A stretch of 64,000 nt of DNA from Azolla caroliniana. Its lineage: Eukaryota > Plantae > Polypodiophyta. Below are positions 12,801 to 25,851 of this stretch, piece by piece. The stretch covers positions 18,538,001 to 18,602,000 of the forward strand of contig JBHGNT010000013.1 of assembly GCA_043228905.1 (NCBI GenBank), read 5' to 3'. Under the pieces are notes generated by a model. The model was not told the DNA's origin, did not search any database, and saw only the letters and a list, made by a program, of their open reading frames with translations. Position 1 is the stretch's first letter. The number at the start of each line of letters is the position of its first letter. A program made the position numbers and the translations under genes.

Positions 12801-15800
12801 CCAAGAAGAATTCTGGTTCTGATCTTGTTACCCATGCTTGAGTGGTGTTAAACACCATCACTTTAGTTTTATTCATGTTGATTGACAAACCTTTGTCCGT
12901 ACAAAATAGTTTTAAGGCATTTAGATGTCTTTGTAGTTCCTCTGGAGAGTCAGAAATCAGCACAATATTATCAGCATATAGTAATATCTGTATAGCTATA
13001 CCTGCTAGGTGTGCTCCAGAACCACCAAATCTTGCTATGTATTGTGATACTTCATCTATATAGAGACCGAAGAGTGTAGGGGATAGTGGGCATCCTTGCT
13101 TCGCGCCAATTGTGCTAGCCACCACCTCTGACAAGCCCTTAGGAGACCGAACTTTTCCTGACACCAAAGGCTTCTAGCCGCTGCATAAGCCAAGCACGTG
13201 GCACAGTGTCAAAGGCTTTTCGGAAATCCACAAAGCAGCAATAAATCCTCTTATTGTGGGCTCTGCCCTCCTCAATAAGGGCCCGGAGGGTGAATATGTG
13301 ATCCAAGGTTGCGAACCCCTTCCGAAATCCTGCCTGTCCAATTGAATGACAGCCATTTTGCTCTGCCCATATACTCAATTCTGATTCTAGAATCGAGCCA
13401 TATAGTTTAGCCAAGTAATGGCCAATCATGATTGTCCTATAGTTGCTTGGCATCATGGGGTCTCCACTCTTGAGGATTGGCACAATGGTATGCTGAGTCC
13501 ATCTAGTAGGAAAACCTTCACACATGGCTCTATTGAAGCTGTGTGCTAGCAATGGGAGGATGGTGTCACGGGCATAGATTGGCACAATGGTATGCTGAGT
13601 CCATCTAGTAGGAAAACCTTCACACATGGCTCTATTGAAGATGTGTGCTAGCAATGGGAGGATGGTGTCACGGGCATAGATAAAGTGTTCACCCACCAAT
13701 CTATCATGATCTTGGGCCTTCCCAAATTGTAGCCGATCAATGGCATTTCTTACATTTTGTGGTGTAAAGAAGGTTGATTCATGTGGGCGTGAGGCATTCG
13801 GGTGGGGAAGAGGAGGTTGCCCCGGGATATCATATAGGACCTTTGCATATTCATGCCACACCTGAGGTCAGGTCAGTTGTGTGGTGGGTGGCCTCTCATT
13901 AAACATTTTCCATGCTCTTTTACTCTCTCGTCCTAGAAACAAGCGATACAAATGATCTTCAAATTTAGCCAAACACAATCTCTTCTTCTTCCTTACGAGG
14001 CGTTGGAAGGTTGCTCTCGCTTGGTTGTGTGTATAAATGCTCCGAGTTACATCACGCTGCAAGCATCTCCTTGTATCACGACATTCCTTATCATACCAAC
14101 TATTTTGTATTACTCTACCGAGTTTGGGGGGATTGGCCGTTGTGTGAGGGAAGGCATTTGTGGCTGCTTTATGCAATGATTTGGATAAACCTTGGGTAAG
14201 TTCTTCAAGGGGTGAGAAAGGATCCAAATCTAGCATGCCATTGTATACACCACAACTATAGACATCAATTGTCTCGCGAGTGAATAGATACTTAGTCAGC
14301 CCACTCTCCTTAGCATATACATCCTTTGTGCATCCATCCTTTACCTCAAAGTGTAGATATGCATGATCAGCTGCCAAGGCAATAGGTCTTCCCGATATAG
14401 TGAACACTTTTATTTCAGGTATAAGAGATGGAGGTCCCATTAGATAATCGACTGTGCTTGCACCCCCTTTTGGGTGCCAACATGTCAAAGCATCTGATCC
14501 AGGCCATTGAGTCAAGCCATTATATATCACAAATCCATGCGCACTTCCCAAGGCTAGAAAGTGTTTTCCATATTCAGTTATAGCACTCATATCTTGAGCT
14601 TTTCTCTTTAGACCAACCTCTTCCGCCATAACTTCTCCATAAACAGCCTCGTTGGTGTTAAATATAGTTGTTTGTTCATCCTTGGTTCGTGCATTAAAAT
14701 CTCCTAATAGTATTATGTCCCCCATAACTTATGATATCATCATATAGTGGTAGATATGGTGATTCACCTAGAGGTGAAAACCTTGAGTAGGCAAGTGGAA
14801 AGTAGCAATTTGCAATATATAGCTCCCTAAGATCCCCTCTTTTTATGCGTATCCACATGTAGCGTGCATCCACATCCTTATGGACAACATGCACTCTACC
14901 ATGGAGCTCCTCTTTGTATAGCATAACCACTCCTCCCGAACCTCTAGTGCTTCCTCGTATCCGAGGTCGGGGGCGACATATTGACTCCCATCTATATCCT
15001 TGTACCTCGGGGAGTTTGCTAGCCATGCATTGGTGAGTCTCTGTATACATAGCAATATCTGTGTTTTTCAATGTATCTTCAAAATATCCGACATCTGTCC
15101 GTAGAGAGCCGTTGCAATTCCATATGGTCATGCGTAGCGTCTCATAGGCCATATATCGTCATGCGGTTCTCTTCTCTGTAATAATAACCTTGCCGTCTCT
15201 ATATACGGCCCATTTACCTTCCTTTCTTGCATCAAGCACTCGTGGCATGTTTTATTTGCGGTTTGCCACTTGGGCTGGAGTGAGATTGTCGTCTAAGTAT
15301 ATCTTTTCACCCTTGAGTGCCTTTCTTTTAGAGAGGAAAGCTTTTTTCTTGTCAATATCCATGATGCGGATGATAAGGGCTTTAGCTTTAGACTCATCTC
15401 TTCCCACCCTCCACGTTGAAGCAAATGGAATATCTGATGCTCCAATCTTTGTTCCGAGATTCTTGGCATCTTCTTGTGGACTTTGCAACGCACGAGCTTT
15501 CCTCTTGGCTGCTTCTTCTAAAGTAGCATTCATCATTGCCATCCTATCCATGGATGTTCCTTTTTGCTTTTCTTACTACCTCTATCCAAGGAGCATTTGC
15601 TTTAATTTCATTTTGGGCATGCTCAGCTTGAGCTTTGGCATCTTTGGCCATGTTTGCATTTCCTTCGTGACATTGGCTTTCACTGTAGAGATGCATCTTT
15701 TCACTGCTTCTTGTCCTTTTTCGAAATCCACTTTTATAGCTCCTAACTCAACCTTACTTGAGGATATTTCATCCTTAAGGTATTGTGTCATGTCATCCTT

Positions 15801-18087
15801 GAGCTCTAAGCGTGATTTTTCCACATGGCTTATTATGTCTTTCCGCATCTCTTCTAATAACTCAGCCTTGAGAGAGGCATACAATTTTGATTTTTGTTTC
15901 TCTATCTCTTTTTTCATTTCTTCTTTTAGTGCTATTTCGATATCTTCTCTAATAAGATTGATCTCTTGCGCAATCAAATGGCGTAAAAAATTATGTTTCC
16001 CATTTTCGACATCAAATGGAATGTCAGATGGGGCCTGCGTTCATGGTGCCTTGTGCGCCCTTCTGACGCTATTCAGGGTGCTTCCATCCCGTCCTTTTCG
16101 TCTATGATATCTTCTTGTGGTCTTCAATGGGTCTGGACCCTCGTCATGCGTGTTAAGATCCATCTTTTCAGTGTCTGTCCCTTCAGACTCCATGGTGTCT
16201 TAGGACAGCAGGTATAGGAGATGTTGAGGGCAGAAAGAACAATATAGACTCTAGAAATTTTTACTGGGCAGAAAGCATAGAGGAACAAATTTGGCAGAAG
16301 ATACAAGAAATCAGATTTGGAAGAAAACGCACAGGATCAGGCATTGCAGAAAACACAGAGGACAGACATTTCAGAAAAGACAGACAGAGCCAAAACCCTA
16401 AACGCACACCAGAGAAAGGAAAAGGTTGAGATAGCGTTAGAGACAAGGGGTGAAACAGTGAAGAGAAGTTCTGAGTTAGCCCGTGTAAGTAAGACAGAGA
16501 GAAGACGTGAAGACAACAAGGGTAGGCACAGTTTTCTGGAACTTGCCCAAACCCTAGAAGTGATTTCAGACACCAATCTGTTGCATATACAACAAAACAG
16601 GTTTAGTCGTTTCATATATTGTTGTGAGATTCATACTGCTGTGATACTCTCTGAGACTAGAGCCTTTCATCCAAAAAGGTGAAAGCTCTGTAATCTGTTT
16701 GTTTTGTAATTACGTGGTTGGGATCCCATTTATGTGGCCCTTGATTGAGTTGTACCATGAGTAAGAGTGATGGGGCTAAAGAAAGTTGTGATTGTTCTTT
16801 GTTGAGGAGTTTGTATGGCTGTATTGTTGTGCTTCTGTGTCTCTCAAGCTCTAGCAAGAAAAGCCCCAATCATTATTGGGCCAAAGCCTTATTTCATAAA
16901 AAACAGTACAATGACAAACTTTATGTTCTTCAGAGAAAGAAAAAAAGAAAGAAGGATATATTAACATCTTTTAGGAGGCCAACATGGCCTATAAGACCAA
17001 ACAAGAGTCTGCATCTTAAAATGTTATATTGTCATTCAACAACAGACCAAAGTAAATGAACTAAACGAAAAAGTAAATAGAAAGAAACTAAGACGTGATT
17101 AAGAATTACTTCATGTATACCATGTAAAATTCGGAATGTTGAGATTTGACTAAATATCTCTAGCATAGATCAGTCCAGAATAAAGAGGGCTCCAAAGCGA
17201 TGAAGCACCTGCGATGGTGGAATATAATGGCCTATCTGTCAATGACAAGGGTGATAAAGTCTTGGTCCACAAGGCCAAGGCCTACGTGCACGACAAATTG
17301 CCATTGCCTGATCTATTGTAACCCCTTTGCAATGTCCTGGCCAGGAGGCCATTTGTGTAGCACTTGATTGACTCGTAGCATAAGGATGATGGGGCTAAAG
17401 AGAATTGTGATTGTTGATTAGCTTGTGTGGTGGTATTGTTGTCCTTCAACAACTTCTCAATGTGTCTCTTGAGTTCTACCAAGAAGAGCCCCAAGCACCG
17501 TTGGTTCAAAGCTTTTCTTCAAGAGACAATGCTATCTCCAAAACAGTACAATCGCAAACATAGTGTTTATCAGATTCCACTCCCTGATGACACAATTGGC
17601 AAATTCTTTCTTCTAGAGGTATTCGTGCATATCTGCCTACCTTAATCTCTTACTGATGTGAAGAAGTTTGCAGCTGTCCTATCATACTGCACAGTGCACA
17701 GGATAGTAGATGTATGTTGATATATAAGGGCCCAATGATCAATCCATCCTCCTATGTGTGTAAAAAGTTTGTCTTATAGCAAACCATCTTCCTACCTAGA
17801 GATGTAGGGCTGATGCATGCTATTTCAGAGGAAAGAAAGAGATATATATTTACGTCTTTTTATTGTTTCTCTGCAGGTATTTGTACTATTTTGAACATGG
17901 CAATCAACATATAACAAGCGGTGTCATCCAGGGTCTTATTGAACTAATTATGACTGAAATACAAAGTGAACATGTTACCCAGGATTCACTAGTGGATACT
18001 TTCTTGGCTAATACGTTAAGATATGTTAGGTTTCAGAAACAGAAAGGGGATGATATGGCAGAGCGATATGCTGCTATCGAAGTGTAA
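881..18087 (+). CDS. VPS35: Vacuolar protein sorting-associated protein 35 (retromer cargo-recognition subunit), about 22 exons
   Basis: Exon 1 881-991 reads [37 protein letters not shown]. Exon 2 from 3433 reads [32 protein letters not shown]. Later exons carry [67 protein letters not shown] and [20 protein letters not shown]. Penultimate exon ends at 7851; last exon 17877-18087 (YLYYFEHGN...RYAAIEV*). GT-AG borders read by eye. Confidence 0.97.
8250..10900 (-). mobile_element. Old, heavily degenerate LINE (RT-region relic) in the VPS35 last intron
   Basis: Minus-strand fragments such as [29 protein letters not shown] and a DVVFIVK (ADD-like) segment, with many stops. 8480-8632 is similar to 57850-57985. 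Confidence 0.7.
11500..15152 (-). pseudogene. LINE ORF2 (AP endonuclease, reverse transcriptase, Cys/His finger), broken into 6 ORF pieces
   Basis: ORFs 14694-15152, 13868-14725, 13139-13861, 12706-13167, 12415-12654 and 11500-12411 are collinear parts of one polyprotein. Confidence 0.92.
13475..13681. repeat. 102-bp tandem duplication inside LINE ORF2
   Basis: 13475-13576 and 13577-13678 differ at one base; duplicates 34 aa ([13 protein letters not shown][I/S][20 protein letters not shown]). Confidence 0.95.
15159..16193 (-). pseudogene. LINE ORF1 (coiled-coil nucleic-acid chaperone), disrupted
   Basis: ATG 16193 ([12 protein letters not shown]…) is in frame with ORF 15582-15977 across one TGA. 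It continues after frameshifts into 15252-15551 and …[17 protein letters not shown], ending 6 nt before the ORF2 ATG. Confidence 0.75.
16715..17860 (-). mobile_element. Cluster of older 5'-truncated 3' fragments of the same RTE-X-like LINE family
   Basis: 16715-16925 and 16933-17825 match 11210-12150 (GATGGGGCTAAAG, AGGCCAACATGGCCTATAAGACC hairpin, GAAAGAAA tail). A very short terminal remnant is at 17830-17860. Confidence 0.88.
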
Positions 18088-20783
18088 ATGATTCATTCGT
18101 GTATATTAGGTTAGTTTTTTCTTGCTGGAATTTTTATTTGCTCAGCAGTGAGGCAATCTTATCTCAACTCAGGCTTTATGTGGAAAGAGTAGTATTTGAA
18201 CTTCTGTAGTCTACTACATGATCTATTGTTTGGAATTTTAACAGTAACATTTTTTTTGTAATCATTTACTCTCGAATTAAATGTGCTGGTGTCATTTGAC
18301 TTCTAGCTGTCGGGTAACAGTTCAAATTCTGTATGGATATTCTTTGTATAGTTGAGAATTATGACTCTACAGCTTTTCTTTATGCAGTGACCTTTGGATT
18401 TTTCTTTGAAAGATGAGAAGTGGTTTGATAACTCATAAATGTAAATTATTATTGTTGTTATCAGTGTTATGGCACTTCTACAATCCAGGATTCTATTTCA
18501 AGTCATTCAGTCATGAAACATAATCATTGTTTCAAGATTGAACCTAGTCATTAATCGAAAATGAATTCTTCTTTTACAGAATACAGAATATGTTGAACCT
18601 TCTATTATCAATTGTTTATGTGGTGACAGTTTTTGCATATGTGCAATCTCTCATGACTACTGAGCCCCATCCATGTTGACCAAGTGTTATTAACAGCTAT
18701 TCATGACAAATTGGATTGCAAACGTGTTTCTTTCACATGCATTTTTTTGTGCTGGCACAAAATGTACCAGCACTAATTGGTTTTTCTTCCAATTAGTTTA
18801 CTAAAGGTTGGACAGTTTAGGGAATACTTGCAATGTTTTCTTACTGACTGTAATGTATATTACCCCAGGAGAGTAGGTCAATTAGTTTCACATCCATTGA
18901 ACGAATTCCATCCTCACTAAGCTCTGCATGGCAATGTTCTATCTACACGAGGGGTCTCAATTGATAGGTATATCAGTATCTATACTCATGTCATGAATGT
19001 TAAAAATCACATTGGAGGCCTAAAACCACGATTGTTGATAATGCAATTCCTACTGAAGAGTAAATGTAGCCACTGTTTTGAGGATATCTTGAATGTATTG
19101 TAAACCCAACTCCATTATAATAGCAAAGGTCGAGACAATAATATCTTGCAAAAGTTCCCTTTGTGCTTCACGATCTACAGTTTCTATTATTGTTTACTTT
19201 TATGAGATTATATCCAATTGAATGCTATAGAGAAATTGTACAAACATTGTAGTTACTATTAATACATACATGCCAAATTGATTGGAACCTACATGTAGGC
19301 TACATGATTGAGGCATCAAGAGAACCAAATCCTAAAAATATAGTAAGCTTATTTTTTATGATAATGTGACCATTGTTTCTTAATTAGACCTTGATCACTT
19401 GTACTATTGAGGGTATTCAAACCAATGTTTCTATCGTCACTAGCAGTTGTTCTTTATTAGTGACATACATGTTTATAAACATGAGTATCTATTGGGAAAA
19501 GAGTCAATTAAAGTGTGGCTCTACAAAAACGTCTATGCTCAATATTTTACAAAAGGATTTCCATATTTTTGGTCAAATGTTGTTGTATTCACCATTTGAA
19601 TGGGGATTTAGTGAATAGTGACTTGATTCTTCTTTAATTTTAAGAGTTTATAATCCTAGGTTAATTATCAAGGTTAGGTTGTTATACCCATGGGTTGATT
19701 AGATATAATATTGTGAGGGATTGCTTTGGAAACACAATTGGTGTTTCAATGTCAATAACAAGCCATTTATTTGAGCTAATGAGTTCCAAAATGGTATAAT
19801 CTCAATTATTCAATCCATATATTTTATGTCAGAATTTTGCTTCACTATGAGTAATGAGTGGATATACATTTTACAACAGTAGACATACTCTTAAAGTTAA
19901 GGTTAGTAAATGGACAAAGATAGATATACATACACTTATACAGACAACACTTAATAAGAATATGCTTAGTTTCTGTTCCACAAAAACCTGGGGTACACAT
20001 AATTTGCCTTTGATCACTTTTTGCAAATTAACGTTTTGGCATGCTATATATATGCATAGTTTACCTACACTTGTTTCTTTTCTGAATCTATCCATATGCC
20101 GAACCCCCAGAGTGCTTTATAAAATAGCATAAATACAGGTCAATATATTATCATCCAACTAGCACCAATTATAGAGGTCGCCGCCTTTCTAGGGCTCAGA
20201 TATAAAGGAAAAAGTAAAATGTAAATTGCTGCTCTTGCTAAAAGTAAAGTCCCTGTGGGACTGGTTAAAGTTGGAAAGATGATTGTATTCATAGCTAAAA
20301 ACAATTTCTCATAAATTGGAGCTACAAAATAACATGCATCAAATAGCTATATTGCAAAATCCACAGGAAAACGTTGTGCTGCAATTTTGCTTCAGCTTCA
20401 AGTGGAGGCATCCATTAAAGTTATTTGCTAACATTACCAAAAAGGGTCTTCGACCCTGGTGCCTTCGGAATACCCTTGCACAAGATATCATGAAGCTCAA
20501 TACATGATCCTGGGCCATCCACACATGCACAAAATTGGAACTGAATTGCCAATGTTGCAATACCATTGATTACTGACGTTGAAGTATTGAGGCAAGAAAT
20601 ATCATATTATTGAAATCGACCTTGATTGCACTTACAAAGTTGATTATATGAAAAATACCACAAAAATTTGTGACTGGATCCGTCATTTCATGGTATGGAA
20701 GGAGATCATACAAGCCATGCGACAGCTTGTAATTATTGACATGAGTATAAACTCCCTGTCCATGTACATGGAGAAACTACTTT

Positions 20784-22428
20784 CTAGTGCACTATGACAA
20801 CATTTGTACGCACTTTTTTGGGCTCTTTGAAACGTGCAAGTTCACTGAGCTCTACCACCGCGTCAACAAGATAATCAAGCCTTATAGCCACCTCTACTAA
20901 TAATGTTGCAAATGTTCCCAATGAGAGGGCACTTGCACTCTCTATCACTCTCACTCTCACTGCATCTTTCAATACTTTGCGACCATCATCTGGCCACGAG
21001 TACAACCTTTTAAGATACCTCTGAGAAGCGTCATTTGAACCAACAATATGTGGTTGAACAAATGTGCCCAAGTGGTTTCCACTTCCATTCCTTCTCTCTG
21101 GTATCACACTAATGGGGAGCTCTTCCAACTTGTCTTCTTCTAACATCCCGGAGTCTTGATGGACTAGCAAGTACGAATACAGGTATAAGCTATGTTGCAA
21201 ATGTTCGACCGCATCATGAACACCCTCCAAAATTGTAGCAGAGTCACCTTTTTCCATGTAGCGGACTTGATTACCTAACTTCCGCAAAACTTCAGCACAT
21301 TCTTTACTGACTCTACAGAGCTCGGTGGCAAATATCATGCGGGTGGGCATTGGGGCCTGTTGAGAATATCCAGGTGATAAGGTTAGAAAAGAAATTAAAT
21401 AGATTATGTATCATTCCAACAAAAACAAAAAGGATTATGCACCGTTTCAACAACAAAAGGTGTTTATCATTATCAAAAAAGATTTGCATCATTTCCAAGG
21501 ATTAGTTTAGGACAGGAAGACTTATCCCAGTGGTTTGGACCCTTGTCCTTGTGAAGCACACTAATACAACAAAAAAAGGTATCATCCGACAAAGCTTTTA
21601 AAAAGGATATGTATCTAATGTTCCAAAAAAAGGAAAAGGGGTATCATTCTCAAAAGAAGCTTTCACCATCATTTTAATTAATTTTTGAGTCGTAATATTT
21701 AAGATTAAGATCAAATCTACGGACTCAAAGCTTAAAGGTTAAAATCAATCTAGGGATCAACTATTTAAGGTCAAGATCAATATACGGAACAACTATTCCA
21801 GGTCAAGATCCATCTAGACAACTAGTAGTTAATATGAAGATCAATGTCGGGATCTTATATTTAAGATTAGGGTAAAGAGAAAAAATATTTGTTTCAGTAC
21901 AAACTTACTTGTATAGCTGATCTAAGGCATCCATGGAGAGCGACAACAGAGTATGTGCAATGTCGTAGGATGGACCCAACTTTCACATACTGGTGCCACG
22001 GATATCTCAACAAACGGAATCTACCATGTGGAGGTTCCCAGCTGGCAAAACCTGCCTGGTAAAAGTATATATATGTATTTACGTATTTATGTATATGCAT
22101 ATGCATATGTAGTATATGTACAGACATATGTGTGTGTCTGTGCATTTGTATATACATAAGTATATAAGTAGACAATATATTGAGATTTTGTACTTTGAAA
22201 AAAAAATTATTCTAACCACAGATTCCTCCTTGCTTGCTGAGACTAAAGCCAACCTATAGCCTTTGTATACAGGATCATCATCAGCTAATCCCATCATGAT
22301 TTTCGAAGGAACTCTTTCAAGTATAGTACCTCGTAGATATTCATTCACACACACTGCATATATTTGTTGTTGAATTATTTTAAAATATATAATATACACT
22401 CGTGAAAAATTAATCCAAGATTTTGCCC

Positions 22429-22491
<63 letters not shown>

Positions 22492-24476
22492 CTAGCCAGT
22501 TTGAAAAATGAATATTCATTCTTTCAATAAATCAAAAAGAAACAAGATTAAACATACAAACAAGATTAAACATACCTTCTAGAGACTCGGCTAAACTGTC
22601 GAAATTGTTTGAGATGAAGTCATGCAACTCTTCACCAGCCCATGACGGAAAAACAAAGATATTGACACTCACACCAATGGCTGCCCCTAACAGAATAATG
22701 AGGAACCTATTGATGGCAATGTTCACAGGGTCACCTTGTCGATACTCGGCGACAATGATAATGCTAAAAGTGATGAGGAAAGTCCTCAACCCAAACTCAT
22801 ATGACTTCATGCTTTCGGAAAGTTTTGCAAACGTAACCACGCCACCTGTATGTGAATTCAGTTCAGCACATCTTCCTATATGTGTGTTTGTGCGCATGTG
22901 AATAAAGAGAAATATATATATATATATAAACATCTTTTAAGACCAAACAAGAGATTACATCTTAGGATGTTGTCTCGTCTTTGAGAACAATAAACCAAAA
23001 TATATGTAACCAACTAAAAATGTAAATAGAAATAGAATGAGACGTGACTAAAGAATCTCCTCATCTAGAGAGAGAGAGAGATTTGGAAAGAGACTCATAA
23101 TAAGCCTGCTCATAATACACCTTCTGATGGCCAATATATATATTTATATGATTGTTGTGATGTGTTATATATGTGTATGTATGTAAGCCATGAAAAACAA
23201 GCATACGTTTCACATTATAACACATTATTACTAATATCGATATAATGCATTCACACATATATGCATTAAGCTATACAGATATGAAAATAGCATAAGAAAA
23301 TGTGGAAAAGATCTTGCATCATGTATAGCTACATATGAGAATTGTATGTGATTGTACGTATATAGTTCGCAATACATGCATATACGACACTTATCTGCAT
23401 CATATATGCATGTCATACAGTTTCCAATGACATGATTGATAGATGTGTAAATGCGTGAATCATTATGCATAATGTATATATATGTAGGTTGTGATGCATA
23501 CACATTATATCCACCACATGTGATATTATATTGAACATATGCCTCACTGGATAAATTGAATATATGTATCCCCCACGTTTTATTAGGCTGACACACTACG
23601 TATCTAAAACATACGTATGTGTCCAATGCCTAAAACACATTATATATCAATCCACCATCAGGGAAAATAATATAATGTGTAAAAGTACATAGATTACGTT
23701 GTGCAAACATCTTAATGCATAGATATGTAATTATAAGCCATGATGCATGCAGTATAATTAAATCTTTGCATATGCAATATAATGTATTATCCGCAACACA
23801 TGATTGAATAGGCTTATATTGCATATGTAAAGATATATATAAATTTTAGTTGTATGGCCATTTACGATGGGATTGATGCAAAACTTGGAAGAATATTGTT
23901 AATTTCCATACCTATGACAAATGTGCTCACACCAACAATGATCGGATGAAAGATACCCCCAGACATGTGAGCCAGTTGGGCGATCACTACTGCAAGAAGC
24001 CCAGCCAACAGAGTTCCAGTGCCTCTATTGCAACCCTTGCTCAATGTAGCACCTAGTTGTTTTGTATTTTGGTTTTGGTTTTTATTGAAACACAATATTA
24101 CTAAAAGCTTATTACCGTCTTTCATAAAATAGAAGATATGCATATGTATATACATGTACACATACACATATAGATTGAAAGAATTTATTCAAAATGAAGA
24201 CATACCAATAGTGAATTCAAAGACGACAATGACAGTCATGATGGCCCAGATGACATGGGTGCCGAAAATCAAGTATGGTGCATCGAGAAGAACCAACAAG
24301 AGAACTAAAGTGAGTGCGAGGGCCATCTTCAAAGCGTGTATAGACTTTGAGAGATCCTGTCTAAAACTACTGGCAAAGGAAGAAAAGCATGCTGTCAAAG
24401 CATAGATACCAAATTTCTGTCCACATGTGGTCCTTTTAGAAGGACCCATTAAAGGAGAAGAGTTTTGATCATCCAT
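20784..24476 (-). CDS. ALMT: Aluminium-activated malate transporter (ALMT) family anion channel, at least 6 exons
   Basis: HALKMALALTLV…WAIMTVIVVFEFTIG|ATLSKGCNRGTGTLLAG, YEFGLRTFLITF…RFLIILLG…VFPSWAGEELH, YKGYRLALVSASKEES, FASWEPPHGRF…YPWHQYVKVG (WEP motif), SALSLGTFATLLVE…LVDAVVELSELARFK. True start uncertain. Confidence 0.93.
22434..22487. repeat. (TA)n microsatellite
   Basis: Uninterrupted TA run in an ALMT intron. Confidence 0.95.
22905..23065 (-). mobile_element. 3'-end fragment of the RTE-X-like LINE in an ALMT intron
   Basis: TAAGACCAAACAAGAGATTACATCTTAGGATGTTGTCTCGTCTTTGAGAAC matches 11262-11311. Confidence 0.85.
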
Positions 24477-24499
24477 ATGTATATGTATATGTATATGTG

Positions 24500-24556
<57 letters not shown>
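24477..24556. repeat. (ATATGT)n hexamer microsatellite abutting the ALMT ATG
   Basis: About 13 units of ATATGT directly adjacent to the CAT at 24474-24476. Confidence 0.9.
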
Positions 24557-25137
24557 CTTATATGTATATGCAAGTATCAATGTATGTACATGGTATAACT
24601 CCTATATGTACGTGGAATCAGGATTTCTGTTGCATCTAACTAGGTTCTGTGAATCTGTTCCTCTGATTCTTCATTCTGAAAGCATGAATCATACAGGGAG
24701 CAGTCTGTTTGCCTGTCTCTGCTACGTTGAGTTCCATATTGGGTGTATGCGTGCGTGCGTAAATGATAATGTTTTTTGTCTTCTCGTTAAATCTCTCTCT
24801 GTCTCTCTGCTTCTTTTTTTAAAGTTTCAATTCCTAGAAACGCTGCTGCTGCTTTTTTGCTTTTTGCGTTTTTGTGGGTTTAGTAGGTGTTAGGAAGAGG
24901 AGGAAGAAGTAGTAAAGTAGGACAGATTGAGAGAAAGAAAGAAAGAAAGAAATTAACGTCTTTTAAGAGAGAGAGAGAGAGAGAGTACTTTTGTGCCGGG
25001 CCCGCGGACTCTATGGCTCACTACCCTTGTGTCGTGGAAGATGTGGCCGCATTGTGGCCTTTGACTCTGGACAAACACCACACTAAATGTCCGGGCAAAT
25101 GTGAGCCTTGCATGACACACACAAGCAGCATTGGGGC

Positions 25138-25565
25138 TAACAATCGACAACGGCTCGGTTTCAACCGAACCAAACCGTGAATCCATGGCTTAACGGGTTA
25201 AACGGTTCGGTTCAATTCAAGCTCAAGTTCAAGTTTTTTAAGAGTTCAGTTTAGTTTGGGGGGTGAATGGTTCGGTCTCAACTGTTAGAAACCACGGTTT
25301 AATGGTTTTTCTATTTTTTAAAATTTTTAAAAAATATTTAAACAATCTTTTCATTTTTAAGCCTAAATCTCACTTTTAAGGAAAATCTTTAAATTTTGAA
25401 TTTTGACCTAAGTTAAAAACCGAAACCAAACCACAAAACCATGGTTTTTACGGTTTGGATTTTATTAAATGGTTTGGTTCAAATGGTCTCATGGTTCAAT
25501 TCAAGTTCTACAAATTTTAAGGGTTTAGTTTTGACACTCTGAAACTGAACTGTTGTCAATTGTTA
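25138..25565. mobile_element. hAT-type MITE upstream of ALMT
   Basis: TIRs TAACAATCGACAACGGCTCGGTTTCA and TGAAACTGAACTGTTGTCAATTGTTA. 8-bp TSD ATTGGGGC (25130-37) and ATCGGGGC (25566-73). Many AACCG/CGGTT subterminal motifs. Confidence 0.88.
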
Positions 25566-25819
25566 ATCGGGGCAGTCTTTCTCTCCCCTCACCCCCCCCC
25601 CCATATAGAAGGCCAAGAGAGGTGGTCCTCAAGATACATGAGTAGCTATAGAGTTTTAACCATTATCTATGGTCCTATGTATGTGGCATAACCTTTTTTA
25701 TAAATATTTCCAATTTTTGAACAAGTAAACTACTATGTCCAATCTATATGTAAAGCATTAACTTCTTGCAAGACCATCTTAAGTCTCCTATGTAATGTAT
25801 CGAATATGTATATATAAAT

Positions 25820-25851
<32 letters not shown>

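Larger units (their letters stand above)
11200..16556 (-). mobile_element. Near full-length non-LTR retrotransposon (ORF1 + APE-RT-CCHC ORF2, RTE-X-like), inactivated
   Basis: 5' UTR ~16556-16194. ORF1 ~16193-15159 (coiled coil, [12 protein letters not shown]). ORF2 from 15152: APE (IWNCNGS, YTETH, GSGGV, LGDFNAR, STVDY, ADH), RT ([38 protein letters not shown]), C-terminal [15 protein letters not shown]…CQLC…[10 protein letters not shown]. 3' UTR ends in a stem-loop and a (TTTC)n tail at 11200-11228. Several stops and frameshifts. Confidence 0.93.

Noticed and set aside
15190-16107. 305-aa plus-strand ORF
   Set aside because: It is the antisense shadow of LINE ORF1, with F/S/L/I-rich composition and no domain.
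11196-16562. Target-site duplication for the long LINE (AGAAG)
   Set aside because: Too short and confounded with the GAAA tail to be trusted.
21695-21872. Degenerate ~30-bp repeats (TTTAAG.T.AAGATCAA) in an ALMT intron
   Set aside because: Real but low-identity, with no termini or function evident.
24465-24893. 142-aa ORF with MYMYMY run, and ERERER/LSLSLS ORFs at 40042, 55349 and 56137
   Set aside because: These are translations of microsatellites.
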